This document shows, piece by piece, positions 56,514 to 64,000 of a DNA stretch of 64,000 bases (its first letter is position 1; the number at the start of each line of letters is the position of its first letter). The stretch is taken from the NCBI GenBank assembly GCA_964465185.1, contig CAYXKX010000003.1, positions 1,527 through 65,526 of the forward strand. The letters are read 5' to 3'. This DNA comes from an uncultured Chitinophagaceae bacterium. Lineage in GTDB: Bacteria; Bacteroidota; Bacteroidia; Chitinophagales; JADJOU01. The notes beneath the pieces were generated by a model, which was given only the letters and a program-made list of their open reading frames with translations, was not told the DNA's origin and ran no database searches. A program made the translations under genes and the position numbers.

Positions 56514-57350
56514 ATGTTCAAAAAAAAATTTACACTCTATAAACTAATGATTTTATTAGTTCTGTTAATTAGTTATTCCAAAGGCTGGTCTCAGCTCCCA
56601 AATAAAGTATCATTCAAATGCGATCTAGGCACCTATCTATGCATGTGCAATGGATGTCAGAAAACAATAAATAACATAGAATATACAGCTACTCTTCATT
56701 GTAACTCAGAAGCACAGTTTAAGGACTTTAGTCAATTTCAAGCTATCCGATTGCCAAATGGCTACTATGCTTTCAGGGCTTTTAATGGTAAATATATGGC
56801 CGTATGCGATGGCTGTATAGAAGGAGGCACACAAACCAGTTTTATAACTTTTCATGAATCATCATCTGACCATCCTTGGGCACAATTTAAAGTAACAAAG
56901 CTTAATAATGGTCGATATGCTATTTGGAATATTCATGCTCGACTTTACATGGCTCGCTGCAATGGTTGTTCTCCCGGTGCTTCAACTCCAAATCAGGTGA
57001 CCGCTCATGCCGGAGATGCTGGACCAGAATGGGCACAATGGGAAATTATTGGTATAAATGAGAATAATAATAGCCCAAGAGAGCGTGTAGAAGAAAGAGG
57101 AATAAGTTATGTAGAATATAATGATGGCGGTACTATAGGCAAATTTGTAAAAACTGGCCAAGATAAATGGACAGAGTATTCAAAAAATGGCACCTTTAAT
57201 TTTACGCCAGCTCAAAGCGATGCATACTCTGTTCTGCTATATGATCGTTCGCGAGAATTATACATTCGATTAGAGACCAGAACGAAAAAGATCTATACAG
57301 GACCCAATGCTAATACCACAGTTCTTTATGAGATAACGTATTTTAAGTAA
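56514..57350 (+). CDS. Secreted protein, paralog 1: three-fold Cys-containing repeat (beta-trefoil-like) domain plus a second conserved domain
   Basis: The track ORF starts at 56442. The Met at 56514 begins a signal peptide MFKKKFTLYKLMILLVLLISYSKGWSQ. Three internal repeats each contain Y[LM]xxC[ND]GC. No family recognised. Confidence 0.7.
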   Translation: MFKKKFTLYKLMILLVLLISYSKGWSQLPNKVSFKCDLGTYLCMCNGCQKTINNIEYTATLHCNSEAQFKDFSQFQAIRLPNGYYAFRAFNGKYMAVCDGCIEGGTQTSFITFHESSSDHPWAQFKVTKLNNGRYAIWNIHARLYMARCNGCSPGASTPNQVTAHAGDAGPEWAQWEIIGINENNNSPRERVEERGISYVEYNDGGTIGKFVKTGQDKWTEYSKNGTFNFTPAQSDAYSVLLYDRSRELYIRLETRTKKIYTGPNANTTVLYEITYFK

Positions 57351-57454
57351 GAAGGATAATATGTAATATTGCTTTTTAACAGCTGATAAGATATTAACTC
57401 CAAACTTGAGATTATGCTCTGTCAGCCTATTTTAATCCATTTAAATTACAATTT

Positions 57455-59881
57455 ATGATTTGGAATAAAATGATGACCTTAAAACTATTTGTCTTATGGT
57501 TTCTTACGTTTTTTGTTTATACAAGTTGGGCTCAGCTCCCTAATAAAGTTTCGTTCAAATGCGATCTTGGCACCTATCTATGTATGTGCAATGGATGTCA
57601 GAAAACAATAAATAACATAGATTACACTGCTACTCTTCATTGCAGTGAAGATGCACAGTTTAAGGACTTTAGTCAATTTGAGGCTATTCGATTGCCAAAT
57701 GGCAACTATGCTTTTAGGGCATTTAATGGCAAGTATATGACCGTATGCGATGGCTGTATAGAAGGAGGCTCGCAAACCAGTTTTATAACTTTTCATGAAT
57801 CATCATCGGACCATCTTTGGGCACAATTTGAAGTCAAAAAACTCAATAATGGTCGCTATTCTATTCGGAATATGCATGCTCAGCTTTTTATAGCTCGATG
57901 CAATGGCTGTTCACCTGGTGCTTCAACTCCAGATCAGGTGACTGCGCATGCCGGAGATGCGGGACCCGAATGGGCACAATGGGAAATAATAGACAAAGAA
58001 GAAAATAACAATAATAGAAGTATTAATAATACTAGTAACAATAACGTTAATAATACGCCAAGTGGCATTGTAAATGGTGAAAACTTGAGATATGTCGAAT
58101 ACAATAACCAAGGCTCCATAGGTAAATTTATTCAAACAAGATCTGGAGGGTGGAAGGAATATGCGAAGGATGGAACTTTTAGTTTTGATGAAACGCAGAG
58201 AGACGAATGGTCAGTTTATTTAATAGATAGATCTAGAAATGTTTCTGTCCAATTAGATTTATGGAAAAAAGAAATTTATCTTAATTGGGACAGAGAAAAC
58301 CGGTCATTATTGTATGCTATAAGTGAATTTTCATCTAACTCATCCAATATAGATAACTCACAACAAACAAATGATCCACCGTCCAATTACAATTCAAACC
58401 AATCAACTTCACAAAACAATAATTCTCAAAATAATAACGCACAAGAAAATAATTCCCAAAATAATCAATCACGAAACATTTCAATAGGCCATGAAGCAAA
58501 AGAAATAGCTAAAGACGCTGTTATGTCTACTTTAAGTTCAGAAACCAAGTATGCTATCGGCGCATTTTTTAGTAAGCAAGATGAAGTTAAAATTCTTAAG
58601 TGGATAAGCGATGAGGTAACGGATTCCAAAGTGCAGTATTGCTGGAAAAGAAGCCATCCAAGGCGTACAGAACCCTTGACAACCTGTGCCAATGGATTAG
58701 TAAAAGAGGATTGGGAAGCGGTTTGCTACACTCCTTGTAAGTCAGGCTATAAACGTACTTTAGATAGATGTTGGCAGGATTGTCCTTCAGGTTACACCAA
58801 TACGGGATTGTTTTGTTCTAAAGGCGGGGATTCAAAACATGCACCCTCTAGATTAGCTGACTGTCCTAGTGGATACACCAATACGGGATTAACCTGTTTT
58901 AAAGAGGCGAGCACATACTCAGCTCCTTCGACCTTAGCTAACTGCCCTAAAGACTTTGAACATACTGGTACTACCTGCCATAGATGGTGGCCTCCAAAAA
59001 GTATTAGTTTAGATAATGCCACATGTCCTTCAGATAGATTTAAAAGAAATGGAAGATGCTATGTGAATTGTAGAGAAGGTTATACAAACAATGGGGAATT
59101 CTGTGGTCGTGGGGCACATTCATTATCGATGAACAGTATGATTTGTCCGCAAGGCTATTTCCAAGGGGCTGACGCAAGATGTCATCAAAATTGCGAAAAT
59201 GGATATACGAATACGGGAGAACATTGTATTGCAAAAATTGTGACCATCGAGAGAGCAAACTACTATAATGGTGCAGGAGAACCTATGAAATGCAGAGAAG
59301 GATTGATTCATAATAAAGCAGGATTATGTTTCGAACCTTGCCCTCCAGGATATATAGCTGACAGTGATGCAGATCCAGTCTGCTGGCAACCATGCCGCGG
59401 ATACCAAAGTACCCCATGTGGAGCTGGTTGTGCAGATAATATTAGCTCATGCGCACAAGAAACCTTTAATATGGTAGACGCAGTGGTGCAAGTCGCTTTG
59501 AACATAATTTCTTTAGGAGAAACTTCAGCCGTTACAGCAGCGAAAAAAAGTTTTAAAGTAGCGGTCATGTCGGGAGATAGAGTGGCAGCCAAAGCGGCAG
59601 CTAAGTTGGCTGCAAAGGAATTGGCAAAAGGATTTGAGCAGCTAACTACTAAAAAGGTAGTTAAACAATTGAAAGATAACATGAAGGATAATGCGATAGA
59701 GTATATTCAAGAGCAGTATGCAACTTTATTACTCAAAACAGCAAACAATGATATCTCTACAGATGATTTATGGGAATTGACAGCTCTGGATCCAACGGGA
59801 ATAGCGGATGTGGTTAAAGCATTTTACAAACCTTTATGCACTAAAGAAACACCGTTTCCTAATATCACACAATTGAAGTAA
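57455..59881 (+). CDS. Secreted protein, paralog 2: same N-terminal two domains, plus N/Q-rich linkers, a 27-Cys repeat region and an Ala/Lys-rich C-terminus
   Basis: Signal peptide ending in SWAQ. The N-terminal ~150 aa is nearly identical to paralog 1. About ten C-x2-GY-x3-G-x2-C-like units. No family recognised. Confidence 0.75.
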   Translation: MIWNKMMTLKLFVLWFLTFFVYTSWAQLPNKVSFKCDLGTYLCMCNGCQKTINNIDYTATLHCSEDAQFKDFSQFEAIRLPNGNYAFRAFNGKYMTVCDGCIEGGSQTSFITFHESSSDHLWAQFEVKKLNNGRYSIRNMHAQLFIARCNGCSPGASTPDQVTAHAGDAGPEWAQWEIIDKEENNNNRSINNTSNNNVNNTPSGIVNGENLRYVEYNNQGSIGKFIQTRSGGWKEYAKDGTFSFDETQRDEWSVYLIDRSRNVSVQLDLWKKEIYLNWDRENRSLLYAISEFSSNSSNIDNSQQTNDPPSNYNSNQSTSQNNNSQNNNAQENNSQNNQSRNISIGHEAKEIAKDAVMSTLSSETKYAIGAFFSKQDEVKILKWISDEVTDSKVQYCWKRSHPRRTEPLTTCANGLVKEDWEAVCYTPCKSGYKRTLDRCWQDCPSGYTNTGLFCSKGGDSKHAPSRLADCPSGYTNTGLTCFKEASTYSAPSTLANCPKDFEHTGTTCHRWWPPKSISLDNATCPSDRFKRNGRCYVNCREGYTNNGEFCGRGAHSLSMNSMICPQGYFQGADARCHQNCENGYTNTGEHCIAKIVTIERANYYNGAGEPMKCREGLIHNKAGLCFEPCPPGYIADSDADPVCWQPCRGYQSTPCGAGCADNISSCAQETFNMVDAVVQVALNIISLGETSAVTAAKKSFKVAVMSGDRVAAKAAAKLAAKELAKGFEQLTTKKVVKQLKDNMKDNAIEYIQEQYATLLLKTANNDISTDDLWELTALDPTGIADVVKAFYKPLCTKETPFPNITQLK

Positions 59882-59931
59882 TTTAGTTTCGGGTCAATTT
59901 GAATCCTTCCATTTTTAATTTTTTGCGAATT

Positions 59932-61401
59932 ATGATAATTGGAAAAGTAAGGACAATAAGTCTTTTATGTATAGTCTCGTTTGGGATTCAAAGTCAAGTT
60001 AAACTGGAAAAAATTGAATTCAATAATAGTCATCAATTAAAGGTAAAGTTAAACCATTCCGATACTAGAATAGTGTATTTAGGACACTATTTTGGTTATG
60101 ATTATCCGTTAGTAGATTCTGCATATCTAGACTACAAGAAGGAGTTTGTTTTTAGAGGGAATTTTCCTTTATCACATGGTCTATATATCATTTATGATAG
60201 CCAAGGTGAATTCCTTTTTGATTTTATTATTGATTCAAATCAACATTTTAAAATTGAAGCAGATTTAATGAATCCCCAGGATCCTAAATTAGTATTTAAA
60301 GGTTCTAAAGATAACGATCTATTCTTAGAGTACAAAAAAAATGAATACGAAAACTATAGGAATATAGAAGATATAGGATATGAAATAAGTAATGCTAAAT
60401 CGGAGAAGGATAGTAATTATTGGAAATCTAAACGTGAGTATGAGCTAGAATCCATAAATAGCTATAAAGATAAAATAATAGTCCGATACCCTAATTCTTT
60501 TGTTAGTCTTATGCTCAAGGCGATTCAAATCCCAACTTTACCTTTACATTTGAGATTACAAAAAAACAAACTTGATAGTACAAACGCCAGACAATATATT
60601 AAATCAAACTATTGGAATGGAGTCTATCTATGGGATGGACGACTTAGCTATACCCCTTTTTTAGGTCCCAAATTAGATCGCTATTTGACAGAAGTTATCA
60701 CTCAAGAAGAAGATTCTATTAAGAAGGAAATCGATTGGATAATGATTTCTGCTATGGCAAATGAAAAAATGAACCAATTCGTCTTAAAAAGAATCTTGAA
60801 AAATATTTTAGGTCGCAAATACAAGTGGGGCGATGAAATATTTGTTCACATATTTGAAAAATATATTGCTCCAAAAAATTATTCATGGATAACTGAAAGC
60901 GATAAAGCGTATATCTCTGAGAGGGCTTATTTCGCTATGGGAAAACTTATAAACAAACCTGCACCCGATATTAATCTTCCTGGCTTAGATGGCCTTAATT
61001 TATCCCTATATTCAATCAAAGCCAAGTACACTATTATATGCTTTTGGGATCCAACTTGCCACCATTGTCGAGAAACGCTACCTCAACTAGACTCCTTTCA
61101 AAGATTGGTTTGGCAAAAAAATATGATAAAAGTATTTTGCTTAGCATCTGAATCTTCTGGAAATATTGAGGATTGGAAAACCTACATTCATGAGTATAAA
61201 TTATCTAGGTGGGGTAATGTATATAATTCAATTTCTGAAGAAACAAAAAGATATAATGCTGGTGAAAAGTCATATGCCCAACTTTATGATGTTTGGTATT
61301 ATCCAAGCTTTTTTTTAGTAGATGAAAAGAAACGATTCATAGCCAAGAAATTAAGTTTTAAGCAAATTACTGAGCTTTTAAATGTGCTTTTAAATAAATA
61401 A
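59932..61401 (+). CDS. Thioredoxin-fold (TlpA/AhpC-TSA-like) protein with large N-terminal domain
   Basis: CxxC motif in FWDPTCHHCRE near the C-terminus. The track ORF begins at TTG 59899. The ATG at 59932 begins a signal-peptide-like MIIGKVRTISLLCIVSFGIQSQ. Confidence 0.75.
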   Translation: MIIGKVRTISLLCIVSFGIQSQVKLEKIEFNNSHQLKVKLNHSDTRIVYLGHYFGYDYPLVDSAYLDYKKEFVFRGNFPLSHGLYIIYDSQGEFLFDFIIDSNQHFKIEADLMNPQDPKLVFKGSKDNDLFLEYKKNEYENYRNIEDIGYEISNAKSEKDSNYWKSKREYELESINSYKDKIIVRYPNSFVSLMLKAIQIPTLPLHLRLQKNKLDSTNARQYIKSNYWNGVYLWDGRLSYTPFLGPKLDRYLTEVITQEEDSIKKEIDWIMISAMANEKMNQFVLKRILKNILGRKYKWGDEIFVHIFEKYIAPKNYSWITESDKAYISERAYFAMGKLINKPAPDINLPGLDGLNLSLYSIKAKYTIICFWDPTCHHCRETLPQLDSFQRLVWQKNMIKVFCLASESSGNIEDWKTYIHEYKLSRWGNVYNSISEETKRYNAGEKSYAQLYDVWYYPSFFLVDEKKRFIAKKLSFKQITELLNVLLNK

Positions 61402-61482
61402 AAATTTTACTTAATAGGACTCAGAGTTATTTTTGCTAGCTAAAACATCATAAGTTTAAATAAACTAGTTCAATTTTCAAAA

Positions 61483-62337
61483 TTAAGGCAAAACATACTT
61501 AAACCTATTATGCGAAAGCAGCCATAGACTTGGATTTTCAAGTATATTTTTTTCGAGAAGTGCGAACTGTTTCTCTGTAAGGTCATAGGGTAATGAAGAA
61601 TCATAGTTTAGCTCTATGAGTTCAAATTCATAACTTTCTCCCTTGGTTACATAGAGGAAATAGGCCTTTTGTGTTTGCGACTTGACAAATTTTTCTGCTC
61701 CTGAAATCACAGGCACCGATTGACCGAAAAAGTTCAACCAATGCTGATTGTATGGATCGCCAGGGTTTTGATCAATCGCAAAGAAATTTAAGCAGACATT
61801 TTTCGTTTTCTGTGCACGATATAGATCTAATGTGGCCTTTGTCGAGACTAAATAAGCCCCAAAACGCTGTCTCAAGTTCAGTATATAATTATTGAGTTTT
61901 TCATTTTTTATTTGCGTATATAGTATGACGATGTTTATTCTCGGTTCATAAAGGCTTGCCCATTGACAAAAGAGTTCCCAGTTGCCAATGTGAGATAAAA
62001 GAATGGTCGCGTTTTGACCACTTTCAAGAATCTGGTTAATAACTTCTGGGTTTTTAAAAAATACTTTAGTCTTTAGCTCTTCAGGATTAGCCCGAAAACA
62101 CCAGAGCGTTTCCACAATTAAATCTGCCAGGTGATTATAGAACTTCTTTTTATAAAAATGAGATTCTTCAGAAGTAATATTAGGATAAAGAATAGCCAAA
62201 TTTTTATCAATTACTTTCGCTCTATAACGAAGAATCCTAGCCAAGATAAAAAAAATAAATCTCCTTAATAAAAACCCAAGCTGAAGTGATTCCAGATGGT
62301 ATATCGTATAAATAAGTAGCTTTAATAAAAGTTTCAT
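61483..62337 (-). CDS. Lysophospholipid/lipid A biosynthesis acyltransferase family protein (LpxL/HtrB-like)
   Basis: The SHIGNWE motif (HX4D/E-type acyltransferase box) and an N-terminal TM anchor. Confidence 0.8.
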   Translation of the reverse strand: MKLLLKLLIYTIYHLESLQLGFLLRRFIFFILARILRYRAKVIDKNLAILYPNITSEESHFYKKKFYNHLADLIVETLWCFRANPEELKTKVFFKNPEVINQILESGQNATILLSHIGNWELFCQWASLYEPRINIVILYTQIKNEKLNNYILNLRQRFGAYLVSTKATLDLYRAQKTKNVCLNFFAIDQNPGDPYNQHWLNFFGQSVPVISGAEKFVKSQTQKAYFLYVTKGESYEFELIELNYDSSLPYDLTEKQFALLEKNILENPSLWLLSHNRFKYVLP

Positions 62338-62352
62338 TCCAGAATTGAACGA

Positions 62353-62643
62353 TTAATCGATAAATAATTCTTTTAAAGAAGTCTCTAACTCATTTTTAGC
62401 TATTGATCCAAGACATTCGCCTTTAAAATAAACTATGATATGATCTAATTCAGACCTTAGTTTAATTCTCCCTTGAAAAATACCAATTCCTGTGGATCGA
62501 AAAAAAGAAGTCAACACTTTAATGTCTTCCTTTCTGCATGCAATTTCTTCCTCTTTAAAATAAATAATAAATCTCAGCCTACCCTTGAACTTTTCAATAC
62601 CAAATTCATAGTGATTGGCATTAGACAAGGAGGCGATAAGCAT
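62353..62643 (-). CDS. Hypothetical protein (96 aa)
   Basis: ORF in a gap between same-strand genes. No motif recognised. Confidence 0.45.
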   Translation of the reverse strand: MLIASLSNANHYEFGIEKFKGRLRFIIYFKEEEIACRKEDIKVLTSFFRSTGIGIFQGRIKLRSELDHIIVYFKGECLGSIAKNELETSLKELFID

Positions 62644-62745
62644 TTTATACTATTTATAAATTTTAGATAGTCTAATCTTTTTTGGTATAATACCGTGGTA
62701 ATTTATGTTTCCCGCAAGTGCGGGATTACATAAATATATACGGTA

Positions 62746-63945
62746 TTACCTCTTGACCAATTTAGACTTGATTGCTGGTGGAATACCATTCTTATTGACC
62801 AAAATAGCGGTGGTCTTATATAGCAAATATGCTTTGGTCACATAGATATAGCCTTTGTGGTCATTTTTTTCACCCCAAGAATTTTTGACGATATAATATT
62901 CTCTACCCGTTTGGTCCTTGGCTAAACCTGTGATATGCATTCCGTGGTCATCGGTCGTCTCATAATTGTCATAGGCCTTTTGACGCATTTCAGGTGTAAT
63001 GGTCAATTCGGGTTTCGGTCCGTCAAAAATTTTCTTCATTTTATTTTGATACTCATCGTCTCTGTAGTCCTCTGGAAGACTATCCGGAACTATGGCAACG
63101 CCATTTTTCCAGCTAAATCCTTTTTCACTCACATCGGTTGCCCAGGCGACAGAATAGCCATTTTTCAAGGCAAAATCGATCGTTTCCGTTAATTCATTCA
63201 TTTTGACATTCCATACTTTATCAAAGCTCCAATTGTCCTGTACTAATAAAATAGACTCTTCGTAATAAGGCACATGGGTAAAGCTCGAAATCTCGACATA
63301 ATCATCTGCCTTAATACCTAAATAATTGTCAGCAAAGGATTTCGGAGTATATTTTTTACCTTCAAACTCAAATTCTGAAGGGGGTGTACCTAAATAGGCA
63401 TCGACCAAAGTCACGAAATTCTTTTTCCAAAGTGGAGAAATTTTACCGCTCTTATTACTCACTATTCCTTTTAAATAACCCTCCAATACAGCCATCAATT
63501 CACCAAAATTATTGATTTTACTATCGTATTCAATACCAGAATAAACAGATTGCGGCAATGCTCCATATTTACGATACATATTCATAACATCGTGAAAAGC
63601 ACCCCCTTCTCCCCAGCCGAGATTTCCGTGCAGACGCACATAGGTCTCTGCCTTGTCTATCAATGCACAACGAACAGCGAATATGTCCGCCAAATCAACT
63701 GGCTTACCTTTTGACTTAATGTATTCACTTTCTAGAAATGAGTTTCCACTATAACTCCAGCAAGTTCCAGACTTGCCCTGAGCCTTGACAGACGTCTTTT
63801 CAATATCATATATAGTTGTAAATTGAAATTTTTTCTTGGCACTGTCTGATTTGTTTTTCTCAAGAGCATTGATAAGATTGTCTTGTGCTAAAGAAGCAAA
63901 AATCTGACAGGATAAGAGGACTAATAGTAAATACTTATTTCTCAT
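62746..63945 (-). CDS. C1 family cysteine peptidase (aminopeptidase C / bleomycin hydrolase-like) with signal peptide
   Basis: Catalytic Cys motif QGKSGTCWSYSG, a distal DDHGMHITG (His) motif and a NSWG motif. Confidence 0.9.
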   Translation of the reverse strand: MRNKYLLLVLLSCQIFASLAQDNLINALEKNKSDSAKKKFQFTTIYDIEKTSVKAQGKSGTCWSYSGNSFLESEYIKSKGKPVDLADIFAVRCALIDKAETYVRLHGNLGWGEGGAFHDVMNMYRKYGALPQSVYSGIEYDSKINNFGELMAVLEGYLKGIVSNKSGKISPLWKKNFVTLVDAYLGTPPSEFEFEGKKYTPKSFADNYLGIKADDYVEISSFTHVPYYEESILLVQDNWSFDKVWNVKMNELTETIDFALKNGYSVAWATDVSEKGFSWKNGVAIVPDSLPEDYRDDEYQNKMKKIFDGPKPELTITPEMRQKAYDNYETTDDHGMHITGLAKDQTGREYYIVKNSWGEKNDHKGYIYVTKAYLLYKTTAILVNKNGIPPAIKSKLVKR

Positions 63946-64000
63946 TTTTAAAAATTGAATGGCAAATTTATAGAATTAGAATGTTATGGCGGATTTTAAA

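Overview
AT-rich chromosomal window. I infer it is from a Bacteroidota-type genome because TAnnTTTG -7 promoter boxes sit upstream of many genes, obvious Shine-Dalgarno sites are absent, and the gene content fits; I cannot name the species. Most of the window is housekeeping: ribD, a LOG-family gene, an rlmI-like methyltransferase, a class III aminotransferase, an ArnT-like GT39, class II RNR nrdJ, an acyl-CoA carboxylase beta subunit, a polyprenyl synthase, kynurenine 3-monooxygenase, L31 type B, purQ/purE/purK, aroE, a UvrD-type helicase-nuclease, an S41 protease, Fe/Mn SOD and a C1 peptidase. No rRNA, tRNA, CRISPR array, integrase or transposase was seen. The accessory part is a ~14.6 kb segment (17674-32281) bracketed by 79/78-nt direct repeats. 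It carries a two-gene Zn-ribbon module, a KilA-N gene flanked by two small membrane proteins with a conserved C-terminal peptide, a DUF2779 nuclease, and a tightly packed five-gene operon (20926-30481). That operon encodes a C5 DNA methyltransferase, a GHKL/MORC-like ATPase, a Z1-domain P-loop NTPase, a PD-(D/E)XK protein and an AIPR protein. It is the best candidate for a poorly characterised methylation-coupled defence system. Other notable points: (1) six promoters share the extended architecture AAACGACA-N5-TGNCN-N11-TAnnTTTG, including those of two DNA nuclease/helicase genes. (2) A ~2000-aa alpha-2-macroglobulin gene is broken by two in-frame stops 18 codons apart. (3) A mosaic family of palindromic intergenic units occurs at three loci. 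(4) Two tandem paralogous secreted proteins have a three-fold Cys-containing repeat domain, and the longer one also carries N/Q-rich linkers and a 27-Cys repeat region. All functional calls come from motif recognition by eye. No database search was run.
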